DNA of 58,710 nt, filler included, from Sphacelaria rigidula (lineage: Eukaryota): NCBI GenBank assembly GCA_964200075.2. It is 5 parts of 5 records of this genome, joined end to end, with 100 filler letters (N's around TTAATTAATTAA, not from the genome) between each part and the next. Parts side by side here need not be neighbours in the genome. Positions count along the whole stretch, not along the records: positions 11,764 to 23,426 come from CAXNAA020004651.1; positions 23,527 to 35,188 come from CAXNAA020004652.1; 3 more parts are not named here. One strand, written 5' to 3'. The notes beneath the pieces are model-generated. The model did no database searches and had not been told where the DNA came from. It worked only from the letters and a program-made list of their open reading frames with translations. This document shows positions 13,788 through 23,972 of this stretch, in pieces. Position numbers and translations under genes: made by a program. The first letter of the stretch is position 1, and each line of letters opens with the position of its first letter.

Positions 13788-13993
13788 CAAGGGCAGGTCG
13801 AGTAGAGTATACTCAATTGCGGGGCATTTTGAAAGTCGTACTTGAGGTGCACAAATGGGGGGTAGGATTTTAGGGATCGCTTTCCACTTCTTTTCTGGGT
13901 ACGACTCCCAACACTATACCCCAATTTCAGTACCTCTAGTACGTCTTCCAAAAATACCCCGCAATTGAGTATACTCTACTCGATCCGCCCTTC
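13788..13993. mobile_element. hAT-type MITE family A, copy 1 (206 bp), inside a piggyBac intron
   Basis: ~40-bp TIRs (caagggcaggtcgagtagagtatactcaattgcgggg... / ...ccccgcaattgagtatactctactcgatccgcccttc). Perfect 8-bp TSD ATATAATC at 13780-13787 and 13994-14001. Confidence 0.9.
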
Positions 13994-16747
13994 ATATAAT
14001 CACATGCTGGTCCAACACGTGCCCAGGCAAACGCATTGGTCCCAAATACTACATCTTTTGTTTGGTTGTAATCTATCGCGATTTGAATATTTCCCTCCCT
14101 CGGCGCTACTCCCCAACGTGACAGGATGAGCCGAGCTCACCCCGGCACACAGGGCAGCGTTAGAAAAAAAAAACGCCGCCAACAACGCAGCGTTTGTTTG
14201 TCGCCGTCAACACTGAACGGCTTAGGCACCGCTGGATGCCGAGCTATACTCCACGGTAGGTGATCTCTTCCCTATCCTGAGCCCGTTTATGACAAACAAT
14301 GAACCTAATGGTCGACGAGGGATGAGACAAATCCTTGTGACATGATAAATTTCAGCGATATTCGACAACAGTGGTGTACGAATCGTGCTTGGTTGCCCAA
14401 CACTGAGTAAAACTTCGGAGAGGTTCCTTAGACCAACTTTCATGGCAACAATGCTCCTTTCTTTGAGACCCGTATTTATTCGAAATGGGGGGGACTCCAG
14501 TTCGCGACCTCAAAATCGGGGGAGCTGTTTTATGGTACAGACAGTAGCACAGAGTTGTGAAACAGTTTTGTACACAGACAGTTTTGGCATGAGTGTTGCA
14601 CACTCGTGCATGAAGTTGAAGAGCATGTAGGCGGCGAGTAATCCTTGTAGGACAGTGTCGTACCGTGGCACCCTAGGGTAATCTTGGCCGGACACCCTAT
14701 CAATTCAGTACATGATAATGCCGTGTGATATAATAGTACATCCTGGCACAGTTGGTATCGCGAGCATAGTGAACAAACTATGTGCGCGAAGAACTCAGTG
14801 GCGCAGTACCGTACATCACCGTGCAAGCACAGCGACAACAGACGAGGAGAGAACAGCACCGTTCGTGATAGCGATATATATGGCAGCGCCGTGCAGCATA
14901 AAATATAACCATCGCCGCAGGGCACAGCGTCAACACTTATTATCCGCTTCTCAAACCCTCTGCGCTGTCACGAGGCTGTCTTTTGCCGCGGTAAACAAAT
15001 ACCAAACCTGCGTAGCCTACCATTGTACGTTAATGCACGCACGGCCCCTGAAAAACATTCGGGGGAAGTCACGATCTCGGAGCGCTTTCAGTCGTGTCCT
15101 TTCGGAATATCGGGGGAAGTCGTTCGGAGATCGTGACACCCCGATCTTTTCCCCCCGATATCGTCAAAATCGGGGCTTACGAAGAACGTTGCCGGTTCCC
15201 CCCCCCCCCCCCCCCCACGATCTTAAAAAAAAGGTCGAGATCGGTGACTGCCATAGTAGGTGGGCTCACATATTTCACGATGAGATCGATCTCCTCCGGG
15301 GGGAACATGATGTCGAAGAATGACAGCACGAGATCCTCCACGCTCCCTTCGACCACAGCTTTATACCCCGCGCGGTCCACCTTCGGCAGGCGCTCCAGGG
15401 TGAACTCCGACAGGGTGAAGTCCGCGCTCCGATGCCGCCCCGCTTCGCGCTTGGGGCATGTCTCGTCTACTTTCAACCCCTCTGTGGTCCACTTCGCCGA
15501 ACCCACACCATCGGAATCGCCATCAGGGTCCACGTTCCCGTCGCCGTCATCATCGTCACGCTCGTCGTCGGCGTCGCCCTGGTGTTGGTGGATATTGCGT
15601 GTGTCACGCACACGGGGCAGAGAGGAAGGGAATATCGATGATGGAAAACGAAACCGGTGCTGTACAGTCCACACATAGGCGCAAGTCATATACAATGCAC
15701 GATAGAAAGCTGCATATGGCCCAAGTCTTTTTGATGTCGCATTGGAAGCAAGGAAAACAGGCAGCCCCACGCTATCTGTACTTCATATGGCCCTCACCTC
15801 TTTTCCATCATTCTGCCTAAAGCACGCGCACACACACACGCGCACACACACTCAAGGCACGGTACATGCAGACAGTGCGGACAACACAGGCCGCCGGTAA
15901 TGCACAGAAGCGAACGGCGACGCTTGACGAACTTCGCTGTCTTCCTGCGATCGCAACCTCGGCTTTTTCGTATTATGCTATCAAAATTTCTGGCATAATT
16001 CAACCTTAGCGTAAATATAATAGCGTTTCAGGAAGTAGCATACAGCAGATCCGTGCTGGCTCAGTTTGTTTGGCCCAACGTGCACGCACCCGCCTTGCGT
16101 GTCTTGCCCCGATCACAGCACCCGAGTGTAACTGACGTACCAGAGAAGACGCAGTACACAGCTGCACAGCCGTTACTTGGCGATTTTTGCAACCTTTCTT
16201 GGTTTGGACAGCACTTTGATCCCACCCCGAATCTGTGAAGACCGTTTCACTCGAGACGAAACGGCCAAGACACCATGAAGCGCTCCGCGAGAAAATATAT
16301 ATTTCACCTTGAGTTACCCCTACCTGTGGGAGGTGAGTCAAAATGCTGGTCTGCTGCAATGTTTTGGGTGAATCACTCTTTCATCACCGACCGCCTGTCT
16401 GATATACGTGAATGCTGTGGAATAAGTCATTTGCCGATACTGATCACAATATAAAACCGGCAGTCTGATCGATGCTAGCATCATAAGTAAAGTTCTGAAT
16501 ACCGCCATAACACCATAAGCATAGAGTGGTGGGTGGGTCTGTATCCGGCCAAAAATGGTAATGCTCCGAAAAGTGTGGATTTCTCAACTGCTCCTGAAAG
16601 TGCGAACGCCTCGTTTTCGAGGTTTCTGCCAGTACAAAACTACGCCAGAGATGTTCGAAGGCATCAGCCATGCAGCGAACACCCTACAGCCGTATCGAAC
16701 ACCCGTATCCTTTAATCTCACCTCTACCGGTGTGTTCTTCGTAGGCT

Positions 16748-18045
16748 TCATCCTGGCGGCCGTCTGTATACTTCTTGGTACGGCTTCTCGGCAATTTTTG
16801 AAGCATCCTTCAACACCGCCGCCCACGTTTTAGGGATCGATGCCTGCCCGCCCCGCGTCTCCAGTTCGTCCTCCCCACCCTTCAACTTACCGTCAGACTC
16901 GTCGTACGGTTCGGCCTCTCCATTATCGGCGTCTTCACTGTCTCCCTCTTTTTTCTTCGGCTTTCGCTCACGTTCCAGTCTCAACCCGCCGACATCCCAG
17001 TTCTTGTGCTTCCCACAAAAGAACGTACCGGCCTTGAGACGGGCCGTGCATCGCTTCCCTTTCCGTGCGCCTCGCTCAAACACCGTTGTGCACCCCGTGC
17101 CTTCGGTATATTTCGCTTGCGGAGCCACGCTAGGGGAGAAGTGAGGCTGCGCAGGTAACGGCGGTGCAAGGAGAGGCATGTGCAGCAATGCCTCCACGTT
17201 GAGCTCGTGCCGGTACCGCTTGGGTTTCGGCAGCAACAACCCCTGTACAGCGCCACTTATCACTTCTGCCACTCGCGTTTCCGCCGCGGCATTCAGGAAC
17301 AAGACTTCGAAATGATTATGTTGCGCGAGCTGTGCTGCAGTACCAGATGCGGTTTGACGACCGCGGCTAACATCATCTGCGGAACAGTACCTTAGATGCA
17401 CCCACTGGTTCTTTTCATCCAGAAGAAAGTAAAGCCCATCCATGGACCCATTCGGACCGCTGTACAATTTCACCGCATTTCCCTCGTGATGTGGCTCCCA
17501 CACCATAACATTCACGTCCAAAACAGCACTGGCAGCTGCGAGCCACGGCATTTTCAGCCGCAGACCCTCACGTTCTGCAACCCACTTCAGATGCCTCCTA
17601 AACCATCCGATGGTGTCCCTCTCCTCCTCGATATGCTCGTGTTCGAAGGTGTCCATGAGAAACAGGTGCCTCGCCATGTTTTTGCCGTCTTCTGTGATGG
17701 CATGTCGGCCTCGATTTGCCTCCTCGTCAGGGGTGTTGTACAGTACAGTACCGCATATGGCTTGCATCATGTACTCGCATACGGCTTTTTTCAGCTTCGC
17801 GACGAGCTGTAGCATGCGCCCATCATCGGGCACCGGCGTATTGCGGCCAAGTGCTGCCGTCAGCAAGGACTCATAAGCGCAGTTTCCGAACGGTCTCACA
17901 GCTTGGCGCCAAGCCGTTGGTGCTGTGGCCGATTCGGCGGCCCCACGGTCTTGTTCTGCAAGCTGCTCAAAGAAGCTCCGGTCCTCCGCGCGTACCGTTT
18001 TCACGATATCAGACCCGTGGTTTGTATTTGGTGGTCCCGGGAACA
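16748..18045 (-). CDS. OTU-like cysteine protease domain + C-x13-C-x10-C-x2-H zinc finger + basic/acidic tail (large internal exon; gene possibly decayed)
   Basis: 432-aa open frame. OTU-fold motifs in order: VRPFGNCAYESL (Cys codon 17879-17881), LKKAVCEYM, LAAASAVLDVNVMVW, VHLRY and HNHFEVL (His 17312-17314). Zinc finger CTTVFERGARKGKRCTARLKAGTFFCGKH at 17006-17092. The frame starts at a cag| acceptor (18045), not an ATG. Confidence 0.7.
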
Positions 18046-19807
18046 CTGTCTATGCCACATCTATGATATCTATCTTTTCCTCGGCGGCATCCATGCTTGT
18101 GCGTGGATGGGCTGCATGACTGACAGGGGTGGGCCGAGGGCTGAGGGAGCCATTTCGTACGAGACTGTAACCCACTATGTTTGTAGTAAGTCGGCACGCC
18201 TCCGCACATGTTGTTTACTCGCAGTGCTGAAAAGACCGATGGGTCGAACAAAAAACAACGTTCTTCGCCACCGTCGAAAATAGGCACCTTTCTTTTTTTC
18301 CGTGGTTCATTTGCGCGGGTCTGAAAAACACGCCTTGGGCAAAAACGTGCTGCGTGGGAGCTGAAACTATCAACCATATGTCCTTCAAAACCAGCACCTT
18401 CAAATCAGCACTTTTCCATTGCTAGTCCCAAAAGGGCTCAACGCCTCCGCGAAAAAGGGTGGAAAGCATTGGATGATGAAAAATGTCCCGATTTCGCAAG
18501 CACGCTTGCATCTGCTGTGCATTCAAGAGCGGCCCAGACAGCATCGCTCAGGAGGGAGGAGGAGACGCATGGACAATCAAGGTGCGTTCATATATAGACA
18601 GGCAGTTCCTCTCGCTAATTTCAATGGCAACAGTGCTGTATGCAACGAGTTAGGGCAGAATCCGTGCAGCTCAGGGTGAAAATCACCCTCCTCGCTGAAA
18701 CCTGATCTCCGGTGTCATGGGAGAACATGGCGCTCGATCTACACGACCAGGAGAGATACGGAGGTATGTTTCACCATGTAGACAACGTAAACTTTCTGTT
18801 GCAAAAGGTTTCACTGAAATCCATCGGTGTCGAAACATTTACAACTGGACTGAACTTGAAAAAACTTTAAATTTTGCTCCGCACCAGCACATGGGTGCAG
18901 TAAAGAGTCCCCTTCCTGCTCTACAAGCTGTCCACCCCAGTACAGTACAAGCGCGTGCAGCACAACACCATGCACCCTAGTGTAGCATAGAACCGCATAA
19001 CTTCGTTGAGTGAAGTGTAGTTCAGCACAGAGTGTTGTGCAGCCTGTAAAGTGCCATGTTCGGGTATGACCAGTGCCGAGTGCGGAAAGAGGCAGTATGT
19101 ATGAGGGCCTTGTCGAAGCCATCCGCATTCACGATGAGCGACGTGCGGCCGTGGGTCATGTGTAATTCTGCGGGTTAGGTACTCCATGAAAAAAAGTATT
19201 GATCCCACCTGGCGCCTTTTTATTGCGCATTGATGGCATGTTGGGAACCCGCACTCGGGTTCGGACGACCCCCTACGAGGAGCGAGATTATCCGACTCAT
19301 CAACGACACAGATTTCGAGTTGTGAGCTTGGACAGTACATCAGTGCGACGATCACATGCAGGATCATGAAATTAGATGGTGCGGCAACCAAAACTCTGTT
19401 ATCGTTGGATAGTACAGCATGATGAAAACCGCTCGATTGAAGACGTCTGTATTAAAAATAATTGACGTACGATCCCACACGCATCCACTCCCCCGCACAT
19501 TCGCCGACCATAGATGTGGAAGATCCCCAAGACCCACAGTTGGGGTGCAACGTCTGGAGCACTTTTAAGACGCCGGCCGGGGCAGACCGAACGTGAGTTA
19601 CGGCACCGCAATCGGTCTCAAGGTAAGAGCACCACAATACCCCTCGTGCACTATTATCGTGCGTAATAGAAGTGCTGAAGATCCAGCTCATCCGACTGCT
19701 TTCCTCTTGATCCCGCCGATGACTGTGATATTTGAACTCAATTGAGGATGCCTACGTTTCGGGATATCATCATTTCACACGAACCCGTGTCCTTTACAAT
19801 CTAAAAA

Positions 19808-22040
19808 ATGAAGAAGACTGCACGACTGATACGTTGTGCCAATCTATCATTTTCTTGTCTATTTCGGGCAGGCAATGAAGTGTCTGCACCACTGTCGCCT
19901 TCATCCCGACCGACACATGCCACACCCGCGGTTGAAAGCAGATCTCCCCTGACGCACTCCGAACGTGCAGCACCGGTTGAAAATGTGGGGGACATCGCCG
20001 AGGGTCACACCGGCGAACGAGTCAAACCGCAAAAGTGGCTGAGTCCCCGTTCCTATGGTAAATGTACGGCGACTGTGCTGTTCAGTGCGCCGGAGACGTC
20101 CTTCGCGTCCAGTGATGGCGCATCTGTAGAAAAGCAGGGGTTAGAGGGGTGAAATGACCATCCGAGTGCAGAAGGTAGTAACTTCAAATTTCGATCGGCC
20201 GGGGAAGGCGCGACTTGTGAAATCTCCATCACCTCGGCGTCAGAAACCAATGTACGGGAGGTGTCACCAGGGAATCCGCCGACAGTACCTCTCAAGGAAG
20301 TGGGTGTCACCCCCCGCAAAATCGGGAGACCCACCGGTGGTAGAGTCCCGGAGGTACAAAATCCAACTCCATCGGCCAAGGCCAAGAGAAGACGTATACC
20401 GCCCAAGTCCGGCAGGGGCACACCTGCTGGCATACGTGCATCGAGGCGGAAGAGAACCGCTACGAATAAGCCCGAGGTTGACAGCGTATGGGGAGCGTGG
20501 CATGAACAACAGCAGGCGGTGTTGCAGCACAGAAACGGCGTGAGGGAAGATCTGCCGCTGGCAATACAATCTCCCGAGGAAGCGCCGATGTCCGTATTCC
20601 CGTACAACTCCCGATGTCCGGTTTCGCGGCTGTGCTTCGCCTGCCATCGACCAGGGCCCGGGGAAGTCAATGTCTGGCGTCATCTTGGCGCGGCGCGAAT
20701 CACGGAGTCTCGACAATTTCTGGAGTCGTGTGCGGATGACGATGATGTACGCGCGGCTGCGCTTGTGAGAAACTACCAACCAAGTTTAGATTGCTTGTGC
20801 AACCTGCATAATTGTTTTTGGAGCTCCATCGAGCGAGACAGGATAACGAGTTCTAGGCGAAAGGCGAATTCCCTCCCTCCGGTTAGCTGCACACCCGTGA
20901 CCGTTGGTTTAACACCCCCCTACCCCTGCCGAGCCGGACGTTGTTGCAGAGGTACAGCAAAATAGTGATTGCGGCCGTTGAGGAGGGGCGTTTACTGGGA
21001 CTGGAGGATGTTCAATCCTGGCTGACCGAAGCCAGAACCGCAGTAAACGCCCGGGCTGTTCTAGACAAGCGCACCAGGGAGCAAGCGCTGAGACCGGTCG
21101 ATGCGGTGGCCGGGGACGGCGCAGTCGACGCCAAGCTTGGGAAGATGAGCGGGGTTGATGCAGCTGTACGCCATGGGCGACACAAGTTCATCTATCTCGT
21201 CCCTTCTGTGGTGGCGCCCGAGGTAGCCATTGCGGCCGACGTTGAACTTCGCAACATGCGTACGAGGGTACGGGAGTTGGAGCGTTCTGTCTCCCGCCTC
21301 ACCGCCGAGATGGAGACTGGTCAACCTATTGAACACGCACTCCAGCGTGTGACAACTGTCGTTTCGGAGGAAGATCAACAGGCCGTGGTCATAGCGGCTG
21401 GGTCTATTGTCGGGGTGGACATCGAAAGTGCACACAAACTGAGGAACGTATGGGGGGTTAGGGACCAGAAATACGCCGCCGGCACTGTTGGCATTGCTCA
21501 GCAGTCGTGCCATTTGAAAGTGTCGAGTGATGATCCGGAGTTGCTTTTTCCGACAGTAGATGAAGCAAGGAGCGGTAGGCAAGGGGATTCTGTTCATGCG
21601 CCTCGCACCGCTGGGGCAGATGATGTCGACATGTCGGCGGCGCGGGGTGGCGGGGTGGGTTTGATGGGCACCGCAAGCAGATGTGGTGGTACGGACAAAA
21701 TAGTGTGGTACCTCTTCGGCTCGTCCGTATCACTAGTTCGTTTTTACTACTGTCTCTACTGTCTCAATTGTTGTGGTTACCATGATCGCTGCTCAAGCAC
21801 TGTGATGACGGATCTTCTCAAGACGGGGCATGAAGTGAAATTTCCTACTTCAACCAAACATGCGGGATATTCATCCATGTGCAATACAGTATGCAATGAT
21901 TTGTACGTACTCGCTCACCATTTATCGCAGGGCAAAACAGTTTTCCAGCACAAGGGATGGTCAGTTTAACGAGGAACAGCTCATCCTGAATGTCAGGGTA
22001 TCTTGATCTCAGCTTCAGGCGATGGTATTTCTCTTTTGCA
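19808..22040 (+). pseudogene. Decayed long ORF resembling the N-terminal part of an Academ-type DNA transposon protein
   Basis: ORFs 19808-20152 and 20261-20965 are one frame broken by a single TGA (20150-20152). A frameshift near the C-runs at ~20915-20945 joins ORF 20941-21969. The end reads SVSLVRFYYCL...TVCNDLYVLAHHLSQGKTVFQHKGWSV*RGTAHPECQGILISASGDGIS, similar to the Academ-type pattern P..L..F...L / si.qDl.y......k.pKH.gl....Tgs.....iL...G..iSY. No catalytic region follows. Confidence 0.45.
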
Positions 22041-22451
22041 CTGGTGGTTTTGAATCTCATGTCTCAGGCCACTTCGTTCCCTTCCATAGGAGTAAAACCA
22101 GGGGGCCGGCTTTCACCGATTCTGAAAGAACCGAGTTCAAGCCGGATGTAAAGAGGCATGTTTATGTAACCGTCTGCGTACGGGCTCAAACATCCTCCCC
22201 CCTGACTGCGGCACATTGCCAGTTCCCGCAGTCAGCCCTCCGGGACTTTTCCATCAGATTAGATGGGCCCATCATTGTACTACCCTTCCTCCATGTATGC
22301 CGCGATCCATAACACCCCCTCTCAGGCCTAGGGTTGACAAACCCTGGGGCTGAACGTGGTTCGACGATGGATCGCCGCTTTACCACCTTCCTCGTCCTCG
22401 AGTATTCGGCGTTCGTGTCGTGTAGCCGTCGATCTTAGTCCGTTTTGCCGA

Positions 22452-22713
22452 GTTAGACCACGTGGGGAATTTAAACACCGTGCAGAACAATCTCAAACAG
22501 TCTCAGCAACTCCCGCTCTTGTAGATCTCTCTGCCGGGTTAGACCACGTAGGGAATTTGAATATCGTACAGAAACGATCCCATCCCGTTCGGAGAAGTTC
22601 TTGACCTGTTGACCGCTCTGCTGGGTTAGACCACGTAGGGAATTCAAACCCCGTACAGAAACGATCCCATCCAGTCCGGAGAAGTCCTTGATCTTGTTGA
22701 CCGCTCCGGGCTG
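22452..22713. repeat. Tandem repeat, ~87-bp unit x3
   Basis: Units start gttagaccacgt(a/g)gggaatt at ~22452, 22538 and 22625. Units 2 and 3 also share cgtacagaaacgatcccatcc...ggagaagt.cttga. Confidence 0.85.
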
Positions 22714-23125
22714 TTCGTAAACCGTTCGCGGATCTTGGTACATCGGGGAATCTACCGCGCAATTGACCCCCTTTCTGCTCGAGATGGTATATCAGATGGA
22801 CGTGGCCTGGTCTGCGGTTGATATAATTCCCACAAGGCGTGAAATGCATCCAACTGTAACGCAGTGTATTACAATCTCCATGATTCAAGAGTCACGAGGG
22901 CGGTGTCTGGAAGAAACATTCTCAGTCATCAACGGCGTGAGAAACGATGGAACCAGTAACATGAATAGCAGCGCTTCACCAATATAACGATAGCGAACAA
23001 GACAAATAAAGGGGAAGGAGAACGAAGGGAACAGCAATATAATCAGACAAAACAGGTTCACGCGCGGGCATTTGGCCAGGGTATCGCGTGTCGGGGACAG
23101 CCAGGTATAAGTTCATGGACTCCCA

Positions 23126-23328
23126 AGGGAATTCTGACTCCTTGTCAACCTGTTCGGACAGCATGGGAATTCCTGGATTCCTGTCAAGCTGTTCGCACGC
23201 GAAAGGGAAACTCCTGGCCCCCTGTCAACCTGTTCGAAAACATATGGGAAATCCTGGATCCCTGTCAACCTGTTCGCGCGCACAAGGGAAACTCCTGGCC
23301 CCCTGTCAACCTGTTCGAAAACACATGG
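23126..23328. repeat. Minisatellite, ~40-bp unit x5 with alternating (81-bp dimer) structure
   Basis: Core cctgtcaacctgttcg recurs every 40-41 bp, preceded alternately by gggaa(a/t)tcctggat and gggaaactcctggccc. Confidence 0.9.
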
Positions 23329-23972
23329 TCTTGACATCTTGAGCCTTCGTCCTCGCCCATTTTCCTGTATGCAATCAAATCCTGCTTGTTCGCTGTATGG
23401 TGCAAGCATATATATACATATATATANNNNNNNNNNNNNNNNNNNNNNNNNNNNNNNNNNNNNNNNNNNNTTAATTAATTAANNNNNNNNNNNNNNNNNN
23501 NNNNNNNNNNNNNNNNNNNNNNNNNNGGGTATCCACGCAACTTTTGCGCTATTTCACGTGTCTGGGCTGCGTGTACCTGTGTTGCAACACTGAAATAAAG
23601 GCTAGGGAGTGATTAGTCACGAGTCGACCCATCATACTAAAACCAAGTAATTTTCAGACGAATCATTAATTGTCCGACCCTTGATTGTTTTGCTCTGGGA
23701 AGCAAAAAAAGACGTTATCTGGGCAACGATCTTGATGGATAATACATTTGTTCACAAAACATAAAGCACGAACCCAAAAATCGACGGGTGTAGTATCAGG
23801 CATCGGTAAATCAGGTCTGCACATGGTGGTGTTGAATTGGATGGGGATACGTCGGTACACTAGCAATCTTTGAAAACCAATGCAACAAGGGCATATAATT
23901 CCACAAAGATAAAACAAAAACATGGAAGCTCAACTGCATAGTGCTGCCTTCGCGATGCCGACAATATCTCGC

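Larger units (their letters stand above)
12395..15578 (-). pseudogene. Spliced piggyBac-superfamily (DDE_Tnp_1_7-like) transposase pseudogene; exons 15270-15578, 12987-13351, 12395-12540
   Basis: Phase-compatible splicing gives ...SFFDIMFPPEEIDLIVKY|TNDY...ALGIVLQMGMTRLPRMAMHWGT...NFLHV*KTMPRDFFLLFMSRFFHLA...YDGKAHIK|RLEEILNRAWSEAAEVGL*IAFDEQMVKCTARVAHFLIRFNKNKSIKHG. This matches the ordered piggyBac motifs F..lf....iv..TN, lGi.l.mG...p...yW, M.R.rF..i.rflH, siDE.M and KP.K.G. First catalytic Asp at 12471-12473. In-frame TGA stops at 13100-13102 and 12483-12485. Donors are GTGAGC, GTATAC and GCAAGT. Confidence 0.85.

Noticed and set aside
18046-19800. piggyBac terminal repeat (GGG-TTAA end) upstream of the OTU exon
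   Set aside because: None found by eye, so element boundaries remain undefined.
12483-20152. Repeated in-frame TGA codons as selenocysteine or a recoded stop
   Set aside because: Each is one substitution from TGG or CGA, they occur in TE-derived pseudogenes that also show TAG/TAA stops or frameshifts, and the host gene exons contain none.
16748-22040. Endogenous giant-virus segment
   Set aside because: No capsid, polymerase, packaging ATPase or integrase motifs were seen; splice signals and transposase neighbours favour a TE origin.
22452-23328. Repeat arrays as CRISPR
   Set aside because: The sequences between cores are mostly homologous to each other rather than unique spacers; the context is eukaryotic and no cas genes are seen.
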